A stretch of DNA of 64,000 nucleotides from a virus (taxonomy: Duplodnaviria > Heunggongvirae > Uroviricota > Caudoviricetes): positions 134 through 64,133 of IMG/VR virus record IMGVR_UViG_3300025316_000590. One strand, given 5' to 3'. This document shows positions 1 through 9,865 of this stretch, piece after piece. Position numbers and translations under genes: made by a program. The notes beneath the pieces were generated by a model that saw nothing but the letters and a program-made list of their open reading frames with translations, was not told the origin of the DNA and ran no database searches. How positions within the stretch are numbered: position 1 is the first letter of the stretch; every line of letters begins with the position of its first letter.

Positions 1-2
1 CT

Positions 3-593
3 TTTCAGATCATTAGGGTCATGGATCATGAGGCTCATGGCAAGACCCTCATCGTGGGCGACGATGTTATGTCGGCCAACAGTGATACTGAGTATGATCG
101 GGCTATGCTCGACCTGCTGCCCGACATGGATCACATGCGGGTCTTGATCATGGGCGGAGGCGACGGCAGCCTGGCAGCCGAGCTATGCGACCTGCCCAAC
201 GTGGCACGAGTCACATGCTGTGAGATTGATAGCGAGGTTCTCGACGTTTGCCGGCGGCACTTTCCCATAAGCCTTAACGGCGAGGCCCACAAGCTGCACG
301 TGAACGTAGGTGACGCGTTCCGATACTTGTACGAGAACGCCGACAAGTACGACGTTGTTTTTGATGATATGACTGTCGAGCCGACTCATGCATCCGAGGA
401 TTACAGGCTCAATCTAGCGCGGGCCTTCCGCGGCAAGTGGGTCATATCACAAACCGGCGAGCACAAGTCGAAGTCTGAAACCAGAATCATCAGGCTTCTC
501 CAGGACGAGGCTACGGCGGAGTTTCACAGGTTCTGCCGCTACTGCCCATTGTTCGAGACCTTCTGGACGTTCACGAAGTACAGGCTGGCGTAA
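3..593 (+). CDS. Spermidine/spermine synthase-like aminopropyltransferase, 5' end truncated by window edge
   Basis: Frame is open from base 3 (FQIIRVMDHEAHGKTL); motifs RVLIMGGGDG, CEIDSEV, GDAF, YDVVFDD. Confidence 0.8.
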   Translation, partial: FQIIRVMDHEAHGKTLIVGDDVMSANSDTEYDRAMLDLLPDMDHMRVLIMGGGDGSLAAELCDLPNVARVTCCEIDSEVLDVCRRHFPISLNGEAHKLHVNVGDAFRYLYENADKYDVVFDDMTVEPTHASEDYRLNLARAFRGKWVISQTGEHKSKSETRIIRLLQDEATAEFHRFCRYCPLFETFWTFTKYRLA

Positions 594-597
594 TATC

Positions 598-846
598 ATG
601 GATCGTAAACTGACCATAGCCAGCTTGCCCGAAAATCCCGTAAAACCCGAGCCGGATCCACAAGCCAATTTGAGGGCCGCTCATCTGGCCGCGAATATCG
701 AGGCCGACACAAGGGCCTTAAAAATGATGGATATTAAAGCCGCATCCAGCGAGGCCCAGACCAAGTTGAGAAAGGCAGTGCGAGAATTTCAACGAACCGC
801 TTTCCTGTTGTACGATAGTATGACGAGCTTGAAGGGGCCAAAATGA
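598..846 (+). CDS. Hypothetical protein
   Basis: Tightly packed ORF, stop overlaps next start. Confidence 0.6.
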   Translation: MDRKLTIASLPENPVKPEPDPQANLRAAHLAANIEADTRALKMMDIKAASSEAQTKLRKAVREFQRTAFLLYDSMTSLKGPK

Positions 847-1406
847 ACAAACAATGGATCGAGGCCCAGAGCCATGAGAAGCATCACGGCCAGAACGCTG
901 ATGTTAGTCGCCGAAACTATGAGGTTTTCCAGTATCTCGCCATCACAGCCGAGGACGTAGCAGACAGAACGATCCTGGAGATCGGCGGTGGAAACTTTCC
1001 GGTATGCGGCAACTTGCCGATGTTTCGCAGAGCCGTGAACGTTGATCCGCTGTGGGTCGCGTATCATGACAAGCTGCAACGAGACGACGTCGAGATCATC
1101 CCCCTGCCGTTCGAGCAGTACGAGGCACCCTCGATTTTCGATGAAGCGTGGATCTTCAACGTGCTGCAGCATGTAGTCGATCCCAGAATGATACTAAGGA
1201 AGGCGAAGTCATGTGCAAAAGTGCTGCGAGTCTTCGAGCCGATTAACTGGCCCACAGACAAGTTGCATTTGCACGTATTAACTGAGGCCATGTTCCACGA
1301 GGAATTCCCACAGGCCGAAATCAAGATTTACAAGGGCGGAACAACAAGGCATTTTCACGAGAGCGATTGTATTTACTTTTCAACATCACAGGAGCCGAAA
1401 TCATGA
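843..1406 (+). CDS. Class I SAM-dependent methyltransferase
   Basis: ILEIGGG, NVDP, FNVLQHVVDP, FEP motifs. Confidence 0.75.
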   Translation: MNKQWIEAQSHEKHHGQNADVSRRNYEVFQYLAITAEDVADRTILEIGGGNFPVCGNLPMFRRAVNVDPLWVAYHDKLQRDDVEIIPLPFEQYEAPSIFDEAWIFNVLQHVVDPRMILRKAKSCAKVLRVFEPINWPTDKLHLHVLTEAMFHEEFPQAEIKIYKGGTTRHFHESDCIYFSTSQEPKS

Positions 1407-1594
1407 CCATGACCTACAACGTTGTCGCCAAGGACAAGGACAACATGATCATCACACAGGCCAGTTACACAGAGGCCCAATTTCACGGCCTAAGTGCCAT
1501 CGGCCTGTTACGCCAATTGGTCGCCAACGATAAGCCGGTCGTTGACGCGGGCGGCAGTATCACTATTACGGCACATGAGGTAGCCAAGCCATGA
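1403..1594 (+). CDS. Hypothetical protein
   Basis: AGGAG SD, ATGA overlaps at both ends. Confidence 0.6.
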   Translation: MTMTYNVVAKDKDNMIITQASYTEAQFHGLSAIGLLRQLVANDKPVVDAGGSITITAHEVAKP

Positions 1595-1785
1595 ACGAAG
1601 GATGGACGTGCCCGAAGTGTGGAAGGGCCAACGCCCCGTGGGTGCGGTCGTGTGCATGCGGGCCTACAGTGCAGCCTGGGCTAGGGACGTTTCCTGTTGG
1701 CCCGCCTATCCAGGACCCACGTGTGCCCAATAGGGTAACGACTGGAGACCCGCTGCCTGACCAACAACCCAAGATCATCTGTTAG
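1591..1785 (+). CDS. Small zinc-ribbon protein
   Basis: GWTCPKCG...P...C-x-C, typical small phage protein. Confidence 0.6.
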   Translation: MNEGWTCPKCGRANAPWVRSCACGPTVQPGLGTFPVGPPIQDPRVPNRVTTGDPLPDQQPKIIC

Positions 1786-2215
1786 CCACGAGATCACACA
1801 CGCACATGGGCACACGACGTAAGACCAACGGTAAGCGTAGACGCAGCGTGCGTTGCACGATGTGTACGTCATACAGATGGCTGGGCAACTCTAAGGGAAG
1901 ATTTAAACCCAAGGACGAGCGTGAGACGCGTGACAGGACGCGTCTTCATGAAACGAACGATGAATGAAGATCATACACACGCGAACAGTAACTGTAATCT
2001 AATGGACGTGTGCAACGCAAGACATCCAGTGATCGCAGGAGATCACGGTTGCGTCGCGTGATCGAAGACGGTGTACAGGAGTAGCGTAATGAACGCACAG
2101 CGACGTAACAAGATCTGTATAGACATGTTGCGTGGTTGTGCGTCGCGTCACACGTTGATTCAACAACAATATGATAAGGATATCATACCGAAGCAAACGG
2201 AAGTCATGGGGGCGG

Positions 2216-2285
2216 ATGTAGACAGTATCTATGTAGACAGTATCTATGTAGACAGTATCTATGTAGACAGTATCTATGTAGACAG
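2216..2285. repeat. 15-bp tandem repeat ATGTAGACAGTATCT x4.7
   Basis: Exact units at 2216, 2231, 2246, 2261 and a partial at 2276. Confidence 0.95.
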
Positions 2286-2489
2286 GAGACGTGATGCTTC
2301 TCATGGACGGGGGGTCACGGGGACTACAGCTTTGAAAATCGGGTCGGACGCGCCAAACACAGCCGCCACTCGCTTTTCCGACCCGGCAACAGATTCAGGC
2401 CCCCGCCCCACATTTAAATCTAGAAGCACCCGAGGCGAGCAACGTTTAAGCCCAATGACTGGGCGGGCTGCATTTCCAGGGGGCTCAAT

Positions 2490-2735
2490 ATGATACACAG
2501 CCTGAAGCAGCGTTTGCTTCGCATGGAAAATACCCTGGGGCGGATACGTGAGACCAACACTCGCACGCACGTCGATACGAAGGTCTCCGCCGTAGACGAA
2601 TCGTGGTTGCAGACCGATGAAGTAGGCAGCCGGGCCGGGCCAGATGCAACCTGCAACGAGTCAACACGTCGTATCTACGACATGATCATTCGTATGGAGG
2701 AAGCGACCTGTCGAACCAACACGGAGGAAATATGA
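2490..2735 (+). CDS. Hypothetical protein
   Basis: ORF with stop overlapping next start. Confidence 0.45.
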   Translation: MIHSLKQRLLRMENTLGRIRETNTRTHVDTKVSAVDESWLQTDEVGSRAGPDATCNESTRRIYDMIIRMEEATCRTNTEEI

Positions 2736-2908
2736 TCGCCGTATTACTCACAGCCCTAATTATTTCTGTCTGCCTGAATATCATCTTGCTGGCCGCCGCG
2801 AATCATTGGTGCGGCGAGGCGTGCAGCAGCGGGGCACAAAACAAGCGGCTCCAGATCGAACTGGATATCGCAAAGCGTTACGCTCAAATCTCAGATTGGT
2901 CTGAGTAA
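2732..2908 (+). CDS. Small membrane protein (58 aa, not in ORF track)
   Basis: GGAGG SD; MIAVLLTALIISVCLNIILLAAAN hydrophobic N-terminus. Confidence 0.6.
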   Translation: MIAVLLTALIISVCLNIILLAAANHWCGEACSSGAQNKRLQIELDIAKRYAQISDWSE

Positions 2909-2929
2909 CTAACCTCTAGGAGACAGATC

Positions 2930-3370
2930 ATGTTAACCGCAGCGTTACTACTGGCAGCATCTTTCATTGGGGCCGACTTCGAGATTGAATGTCCCGACGT
3001 CACGCACCCCGGCCTGGTCATCATCTCGGCTCCCGTGCCTGCCGAGTGCCCGCATAAGAATGGGCCGTGCAAAGCCACGGTCTACGACTACATGACCAAG
3101 CCGCCGGCGTTCAAAGACGGCAAGCCCAATCCCGAGCAGCCCAAGACGTTGCACATGATCAAGAGCGTCAGTCCCTGCGGCTGCGTGGTCAAACACGAGC
3201 TATGTGCCTGCGTGCCCAACGGCGAGTATCCGGGAACATGTGAAGCCAGCTACTCCAATGATAAGGCTAAGCAGTTGGGCAAGTTCGATCAGTCGGTCTG
3301 CACTTACGCCATCAAGGTGCCGCTAGAGAAAGCGTGCTGCCCCGCGGGCGGGCCGTGCCCCAAGCCATAA
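2930..3370 (+). CDS. Cys-rich secreted protein
   Basis: AGGAG SD; signal peptide MLTAALLLAASFIGA; many Cys. Confidence 0.65.
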   Translation: MLTAALLLAASFIGADFEIECPDVTHPGLVIISAPVPAECPHKNGPCKATVYDYMTKPPAFKDGKPNPEQPKTLHMIKSVSPCGCVVKHELCACVPNGEYPGTCEASYSNDKAKQLGKFDQSVCTYAIKVPLEKACCPAGGPCPKP

Positions 3371-3426
3371 CGTCGCCTGAACGGCCTTCATCCGTTATGC
3401 TATGTGATACGGAGGCCCGAGATGCG

Positions 3427-3639
3427 ATGCGTAATCACGACGAGTTTGCTCGCCGCCTGGCTGAGAACCTGTATGAGAAGTTCCGCCGCTATGAGAAGGA
3501 CGAAGCGTCTCGTCGTGAGAAGTTCATCACTGAAGCCACAAATTTCATCGCAGCATCATTATGCCTGCGATGTTTGGCATGCCATGAACCGCATGAAGCA
3601 TGCCCGCCGCTAACCAAGGATGTATCATGTCAGCCCTAG
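3427..3639 (+). CDS. Hypothetical protein, start uncertain
   Basis: GGAGG at 3411; C-terminal CxxCxxCxxxH. Confidence 0.4.
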   Translation: MRNHDEFARRLAENLYEKFRRYEKDEASRREKFITEATNFIAASLCLRCLACHEPHEACPPLTKDVSCQP

Positions 3640-6600
3640 ATATCCCCGTTGAGATGCCCGCCCTGATTCTGTCCGTGCAGCGGGACTGCGTGGTCTTTGA
3701 ACCCGAGAAGGGCAAATGGTACTGCGCCGTCGCACCTTATCCCGATGAAGATAAAGCCGACCGCATGCGGTCGGAGATGGGCAGCGACTTCCACAGCGAC
3801 TACATCGAGCAGCCCGGAATATCAGAAGGTAACCTGTACGGCCCGGCCAAGTCTGCCGACCATGCATACGATATGATGCATGACCAGGAGGCCAACCCCG
3901 GCGGGCATCACGAGATCTCCCATGATATGATGTCCGCAGCCGACAAGAAGCACTGGCAGAAGTTCGTCAAGGACCGAACCGACGCGGGCCGCAACCGCGG
4001 ACGGGGCGGGGCCTGGAACACGAACGTGTTTGGCGACCGTGCTATTGGACGCGTTCTTAACGTGGGCCGCAGAAATCTCGCCCAGACTCCACAGGAGGGC
4101 TTCGTGGCCCGCAGCCAACGACTGGCCAGGGAGAAGGCCGCCGCCGATAAAAAGGTTGCAGATGATAAGGCGAAGGCCGAAGCTGCCAAGAAGGCCGAAA
4201 AGGAAAAGGCTGGCAACCTGAAGAAGCACGCCACGGCATCTGCACGGGCCGACCGTCGTGCGTCCCAGGTCAAATCCGCCGAGGACGCCCACCGTGCGGA
4301 TCCGTCCCACGGCAATCTGGTCAACCTGCGGCGGGCGCACAGGAACGCTTATCTAGACCGGAATGACGCAGCCCGCAAGGCCGAGAAGGCGGGCCTGTCC
4401 GATGCAGCATCCCAGCACCGCGTGAAGGCCCGCACGCACAACGCCGGATCCAAACTTCCGGACGATGCTCATTGGGTCACGATCAACGGACACCCGGTTC
4501 TCATCGGTGGCGGTAAGGACGCCGCATTGAGCCAGGATGCCACCTGCCCGGCCTGCAAGGGTGCGTGTCAGGATGGTAAGTGCCCGACCTGCGGCCAGAC
4601 GTGCCAGCCCAAGGACGACGCTGTTGGCGACGGAGCTACCGCCCTGCGGGGAGATCTGCGGGCCAGCCACGGCGAGGGCCAGGAACGGGACGCCCGTGGG
4701 AGGTTCGCCGCGACCGCACAGGAGGCCGTAGACTACGCCGCCAAGGCCAGCAAGGAAGCCATTGGCTCACCGCCCGGTCGCCGCGGAGCAGCCGCACGCG
4801 ACGCACACGGTGCGGCCAACACGGCAGCCGTGGTCGCCCTGAAGGAGTCAGCCTCGGGCCGGTCGAACGACGCTGCTTTCAAAGCCTGTGCGAGGGCTGC
4901 GAACGAGTATCATCACACAGCCGACCTGCACAACGATGCTGACCTGAACAGTTCCGATGGTCACGATTCATATCATGAAGACGCCGCCGACGCCTGTCGC
5001 TCTGCCGGCGAGGCCCTACAGGAACTGGCGAACCATCATCTCCAGTCTTGGACTGGAAGTACCAAACCAGAGGATATGGCCATGAGCCAAACTGACACCG
5101 CGTTAGCCGATGACCTAAATTTAGGTCATGGCCTAAATATTGATCTTGAGCTTGGTGACGTTGCAGGTCACGAGTTCCACGGGAATCAGTACACGCACCA
5201 GGGAGCCGTTGATGCTGTGAAGAAGGCTAGTGACGCCACCAACAGTACGAAGGGCGCACGGGCTGGCAAACGTCATGTGGACGCTTCAGATGATGCGAAG
5301 CGTCTCGTCAAGGACGGCCTGTATTCTGCCGCAGCATCACGTTGTCGCGACGCCGCCGAAGGTCATGCGAATGCCTCTGAGGCACCAAGGCTGACCCAGC
5401 TTGAACGCGGCCAGCACAGAATGGCGGCACGAGAGCATATTGAGACGGCTAAGTATCTGGAGGGAGCCGCCGAGCAGCACGGCCAGTACCTGGCAGGCCA
5501 GCGGGTAGCCATCAAACCGGAGTGGCAGGATCCCGGAGATGATGCTCGTGACTTCCGGGTCGTCGAAGACCGCGGCAATGCTGTTGTGATCACGCACGAT
5601 GCGGGACTGCCCATAAACCCGCAGCAAAGCGTGGGTAAGAATATGATCGAGCCGTATCATGACCGTCCCCAGACAGATTTGACTGCATTGCCGGCGGTAG
5701 CGCAAAGCAATGCAGTCACGGCAGCTCAGCAACTTCATGATGATACGCACGCGGCGGCAAATGATGTAAGTATGTCAGCCTACGTTGAGCACAAGTACCA
5801 TACAACGCAGGCTGGACAAGCAGCATCACGGGCTCTGGCTGCCGGGGATACACCCGAGGCCATACAGCATCATCTCGATGCTGCGGGTCATCTGAGGGAG
5901 GCTGCGGCTGTCGGCAGAACCGTGCGGGGCGTGTATGAGAACCGTGGTTTGCCCGTGGCGAAGAGTGCTGCCAATGATCCTGAGAAGCTGGAAGACCTGG
6001 CAACACGTCATACTTCGATGGCTCAGGGAAAACGCATGAGTCTCCAGGCAGATGAGATGCGTAGGCAGGCCATTGCCGCCGGCTGGAACCCGGAAGATGA
6101 TGACGAGCATGGTCGCAAGTACGGGGATGCTCACAATGCCAACGTGCAGGGCCGTCAGAATGATTTCCAGATCAAGGGCCTGAGTCATGATCTACCTATC
6201 GAGCTTGGTGACGTCGCAGGGCACGCGTTTCATGGCAACCAGTTCACGGCAACAGAATCATCTGCCAAGGCTAACGCCGCCATCCGGAACTATAAGTTGT
6301 TCCCCCTAGCCGGTACGGTGCAGAAGGGCGCACTAGCCAAGAGCATCGCGTCGACCAGCGATAACAACGTGGCCCTGGTGACGGCGAAGAAAGCCATTGC
6401 CTCCGGTGCGGCGGCAGATCATGATAAGGCCGCCGAGCAGTTCCAGAAGGCTGCTAAAGGTCATGTTCTCGCCGCCCAGCATCATGAAGAAGACGGCAGT
6501 GACGTCAGCCTGGAGTTCGCCAGCATGCACCACGCCGCCCAGAAGGCAGCAATCTCTGCGGCTCGCGAACACGAGGAGGAATCGCGACGCATACGCGGAG

Positions 6601-7379
6601 CAGGCGAGCACGTGGTCAGACTGCCATCCGCCGGCAGGATGCAGGCCCTGCGAGATAACGCGGCCAAGGCCCAGGCTGAAGCCCATCCTCCCCGCCGCCC
6701 CCGCGACGCTCGGTTGAGTCTGGATGTGCCGCTGGAGCTTGGTGACGTTGCGGGGCATGAATTCCGCGGCAATCAGTACAGTGCTGGCCAGCCCAAGGAG
6801 CCCGACGCGAAGAAGGCTATCCAGTACGAGCAGGCCGACTACGCCGCCCGCATAGCTGCGGGCGAGGCCATGAACGCCCACCACCACGGTGGACCGCCGC
6901 AGGCCCTGACGCCCGACATCGAGGATTCCATGCACCACTGGATCGGCAACCGCCTGGGCGATGCCGCGGTGAAGCACATGAAGGCCGCCAAGCTGGCCGA
7001 GGCGGTCGGAGACCAGCCCGGAACCGAAGACCATGACGAGCAGGCCCGAGCCCTGATGGCCTTCATGCACCTGCACGAGCACGGGGCCAGCGACCACGAG
7101 TTTGAAGACCGCAAGGGCAAGCTCAAGGATCATCCAGCTTACGCGGCCATGCAGGAGCGTGCTGACGCGGCCATGAAGACGGCCCAGCAGGCGGGCAAGG
7201 CGTACCGAGCATCCACGGCATCACCGGGCGAGAAAGCCTCGTTGGCAGTCAGGGCATCTGAGGCGTTTGCCGATTCTGCCGTGAAGCACCGAGCTGCCGG
7301 CAGCACGAACCGAGCGAGTAATCACTTCGGTCGGGCACGATTCTATCGTCGCCAAGCTGAGCAGCATGCCAAGGGTTGA
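3627..7379 (+). CDS. Modular cargo polyprotein 1 (three GHxFxGNQ motifs, one WVT motif, one RDxxGR motif, Zn ribbon)
   Basis: AAGGA SD before ATG 3627; motif copies at 5145, 6198, 6732. Confidence 0.8.
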   Translation: MSALDIPVEMPALILSVQRDCVVFEPEKGKWYCAVAPYPDEDKADRMRSEMGSDFHSDYIEQPGISEGNLYGPAKSADHAYDMMHDQEANPGGHHEISHDMMSAADKKHWQKFVKDRTDAGRNRGRGGAWNTNVFGDRAIGRVLNVGRRNLAQTPQEGFVARSQRLAREKAAADKKVADDKAKAEAAKKAEKEKAGNLKKHATASARADRRASQVKSAEDAHRADPSHGNLVNLRRAHRNAYLDRNDAARKAEKAGLSDAASQHRVKARTHNAGSKLPDDAHWVTINGHPVLIGGGKDAALSQDATCPACKGACQDGKCPTCGQTCQPKDDAVGDGATALRGDLRASHGEGQERDARGRFAATAQEAVDYAAKASKEAIGSPPGRRGAAARDAHGAANTAAVVALKESASGRSNDAAFKACARAANEYHHTADLHNDADLNSSDGHDSYHEDAADACRSAGEALQELANHHLQSWTGSTKPEDMAMSQTDTALADDLNLGHGLNIDLELGDVAGHEFHGNQYTHQGAVDAVKKASDATNSTKGARAGKRHVDASDDAKRLVKDGLYSAAASRCRDAAEGHANASEAPRLTQLERGQHRMAAREHIETAKYLEGAAEQHGQYLAGQRVAIKPEWQDPGDDARDFRVVEDRGNAVVITHDAGLPINPQQSVGKNMIEPYHDRPQTDLTALPAVAQSNAVTAAQQLHDDTHAAANDVSMSAYVEHKYHTTQAGQAASRALAAGDTPEAIQHHLDAAGHLREAAAVGRTVRGVYENRGLPVAKSAANDPEKLEDLATRHTSMAQGKRMSLQADEMRRQAIAAGWNPEDDDEHGRKYGDAHNANVQGRQNDFQIKGLSHDLPIELGDVAGHAFHGNQFTATESSAKANAAIRNYKLFPLAGTVQKGALAKSIASTSDNNVALVTAKKAIASGAAADHDKAAEQFQKAAKGHVLAAQHHEEDGSDVSLEFASMHHAAQKAAISAAREHEEESRRIRGAGEHVVRLPSAGRMQALRDNAAKAQAEAHPPRRPRDARLSLDVPLELGDVAGHEFRGNQYSAGQPKEPDAKKAIQYEQADYAARIAAGEAMNAHHHGGPPQALTPDIEDSMHHWIGNRLGDAAVKHMKAAKLAEAVGDQPGTEDHDEQARALMAFMHLHEHGASDHEFEDRKGKLKDHPAYAAMQERADAAMKTAQQAGKAYRASTASPGEKASLAVRASEAFADSAVKHRAAGSTNRASNHFGRARFYRRQAEQHAKG

Positions 7380-7509
7380 TCATACTTAGATCATTGTAAA
7401 ATGAGAAAAGTAATGGTATCGCTAAGATTGCCCCAACCGTGTATTATGGAAGTCAATGCAGTTAAGCCCTTGCAGTGCTGCTGCGTCATATCGTATCATA
7501 GGTAACATC

Positions 7510-8205
7510 ATGTCGAGCCTGAACAAGACCATTGACACCTTTTTGGGAATCAAGCCGGGCCACGCTTCCGACATGACCTTGAGTCATGATAACCTTCGTG
7601 GCGGTGACCTGGTTCTGGGTGATGTTGCCGGCCACAAGTTTCGCGGCAATCAGTACACGGACGGCGGCGATCCCGATAAGGCTTCCGATAAGGCCATCGA
7701 CGCCACGAACGATGCTTACGATAAGAACACGCCCGAGGCCCATAAGACCGCAGCCGACTTGAACCGGCGTGCGGCCAGTGTCATCAACGAGGCCCTCGAC
7801 GATTTCCCAGCCGCCCCCAAGGTTCCATACCCCGCGTCACGGTACGAGGATGAAGGTTACGAGCCATTAGAAAAGTGGCAGGAGAACAAGCGGGAGTATC
7901 AGAACAAGGTCAAGGGTCATCTCGAAGAGGCGGCCAATCACGACGCCGAAGCAACAAAGCTCGCGTCAGCCGTCACCGTTCCCGCCGGCAAAATCCCGTC
8001 GCACGGATATCAGGCCGGTGTGCCCTACGCGGGTCATCTTCCCGCAGGCGATTACGTCGAGCACAATCCCGCCGGTGGCAGCGCGACGCGATCCCAAAAC
8101 AATCAGGTGCTGGTCACGCCCAAGGGGCAGTCGCCAAGCGTGCATGAGCACAGCCAGTACTACGTCAACAAAGCTGCATGGGAGCAGCACAAGGCGGGCA
8201 AATAA
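7510..8205 (+). CDS. Cargo protein with leader and one GHKFRGNQ motif
   Basis: LVLGDVAGHKFRGNQYT at 7609. Confidence 0.75.
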   Translation: MSSLNKTIDTFLGIKPGHASDMTLSHDNLRGGDLVLGDVAGHKFRGNQYTDGGDPDKASDKAIDATNDAYDKNTPEAHKTAADLNRRAASVINEALDDFPAAPKVPYPASRYEDEGYEPLEKWQENKREYQNKVKGHLEEAANHDAEATKLASAVTVPAGKIPSHGYQAGVPYAGHLPAGDYVEHNPAGGSATRSQNNQVLVTPKGQSPSVHEHSQYYVNKAAWEQHKAGK

Positions 8206-8244
8206 GCCCGCGATCATCCGAAGCCGAATTAGGAGATTTCCGAA

Positions 8245-8748
8245 ATGCCAGAAGTAGCCGAATCAACAACGAACACCAGCAGCCGCCGTCGCATCATCCG
8301 CGAGCAGCCGCAATACACTCCGCCGCCCCGCACGCCATATCCCGACGAGGCTGTCCTTGACGTCCTCCTCGCCGATATCGAGGACATCGCCACAGGTGAT
8401 GGCCTGGCAAGCCGCACGGCGGAATTGGCCCGAGCCATCTGGGAAATGCAGGGCATCCTCCTGCGACGCCGCTTCGGCGATCCCACGGTGGTGGGCAGCG
8501 TGCCCGAACCGGATCCGACCATTGTGAACAGGCTGCACGCGTTGGAACGCACCCTGGCCACTCTGCGTCGCCGGTCAACGGACACCTACGCAATTCAACA
8601 AACCGTCTCGCGAAATGGCGCACAGGCCCGCATTGAGACGGACGCTATGATCGTGATCATCGACTGCGGGGCACGCGTGGTGCGTGCCATGCGGGAAGCG
8701 GGCCTGCAAGCGCGTGTCACCGGCACGGCGGACGCCGAAGTTCAGTAA
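8245..8748 (+). CDS. Hypothetical helical protein (terminase small subunit possible but unsupported)
   Basis: AGGAG SD; no diagnostic motif. Confidence 0.55.
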   Translation: MPEVAESTTNTSSRRRIIREQPQYTPPPRTPYPDEAVLDVLLADIEDIATGDGLASRTAELARAIWEMQGILLRRRFGDPTVVGSVPEPDPTIVNRLHALERTLATLRRRSTDTYAIQQTVSRNGAQARIETDAMIVIIDCGARVVRAMREAGLQARVTGTADAEVQ

Positions 8749-8769
8749 ACCATACGGAGCACCATTACA

Positions 8770-9837
8770 ATGGCCACATTGAAGACCTACCAGTCCAGCG
8801 AAATGCCGCCGCGGCGGAAGATTCGCTACTTCCAGTTCGCCCTGCTGCGAATGGCCCGCCTCATGTACACTGGGCCGGGCACGACAGCGGGCTACATCTC
8901 GGCCACGCAGTACGCGGCCATCGACGCCTTCTACAAGAAGCCGTTTCGACGGGCGGTGCTGACGTCAGGCTCGGACCTTCTACCCTGGGCCAAGGCTGCC
9001 ACACAGCCGGGCGGTGCGGGGCAGAACTACCGCATCGGCGACATCCTGACCCTGGTGCAGACCGGGGCGTCGGGCGGCAAGGTGGTGGTGGCCAGAATCA
9101 GCGCGACGGGCGGTGTGACCGCCGTCTTGCCCTTGGTTCCCGGTACGGGATACAAGGCGGGCTTCGCCACGACCACGGCTGTCAACTCCTCCGGTGCGGC
9201 CAGCAGCGGCACGGGTGCGGTCATCGGACTGCGGGCGGTCTACGGTACGGTGGTGGACGTCCTCGATCAGGTGCGGGTTGACGTGCAGAACATCGCCGCA
9301 GGTCAGACCTCCCAGCTTTTCGGACCCAACGTTTCGCAGGGTGTCAGCGACGGCTACGGAGTGTCCGGTAACGCTCGCCAGCCTGGAACCTTGCTGACGA
9401 CGGGCGGAAGTCTGGCTCAGTACAGCGAGGCTTACAACATCAAGGACTGGGGCAACCCCAACACCACGATGCGGTGGTTGACCAGCATCACGGCCACGAC
9501 CAGTATCGGTTCGCCCGGAGCCTACGCGGGCGGTACGTCCTACGTTCCTGGGATGCTTGCGACAAACGGCAGCACCTACATGTGCTACCGGGCGATTACC
9601 GGCACAGCACCGACCGCCGCCGGCATCCCGAACGGTCTGGGTCTTACGGGTCTCATCGGTCCCTACAACTTCTGTAAGATTCTTGGCATAGCCGCACCAG
9701 CAGCGGGCACCGATCCGTATTGGGTCATCCTGCCCAACGGCGGAACCAAGAACGCGGGCCAGCTACTGAACCCGATTGGAGTCACCATCGCGTCTATGGT
9801 TGGACGCACAGCAGCCGTGCTGCAGGGTATTGTCTAA
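8770..9837 (+). CDS. Putative virion structural protein, Gly/Thr/Ala-rich, possible carbohydrate-binding-like segment
   Basis: GQNYRIGDILTL..GGVTAV..GTGY beta motifs; YAGGTSYVPG...YMC...YW. Confidence 0.55.
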   Translation: MATLKTYQSSEMPPRRKIRYFQFALLRMARLMYTGPGTTAGYISATQYAAIDAFYKKPFRRAVLTSGSDLLPWAKAATQPGGAGQNYRIGDILTLVQTGASGGKVVVARISATGGVTAVLPLVPGTGYKAGFATTTAVNSSGAASSGTGAVIGLRAVYGTVVDVLDQVRVDVQNIAAGQTSQLFGPNVSQGVSDGYGVSGNARQPGTLLTTGGSLAQYSEAYNIKDWGNPNTTMRWLTSITATTSIGSPGAYAGGTSYVPGMLATNGSTYMCYRAITGTAPTAAGIPNGLGLTGLIGPYNFCKILGIAAPAAGTDPYWVILPNGGTKNAGQLLNPIGVTIASMVGRTAAVLQGIV

Positions 9838-9865
9838 TCAAATGATCTTACAAAGGAGAATCGTC

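Noticed and set aside
1999-2493. ORFs 1999..2304 (-) and 2071..2493 (+)
   Set aside because: They just translate the 15-bp repeat (YIDTV/DSIYV); no SD or recognisable domain
8770-9837. Major capsid protein call
   Set aside because: Size fits but no HK97-type features recognisable; composition is more like a decoration or tail protein
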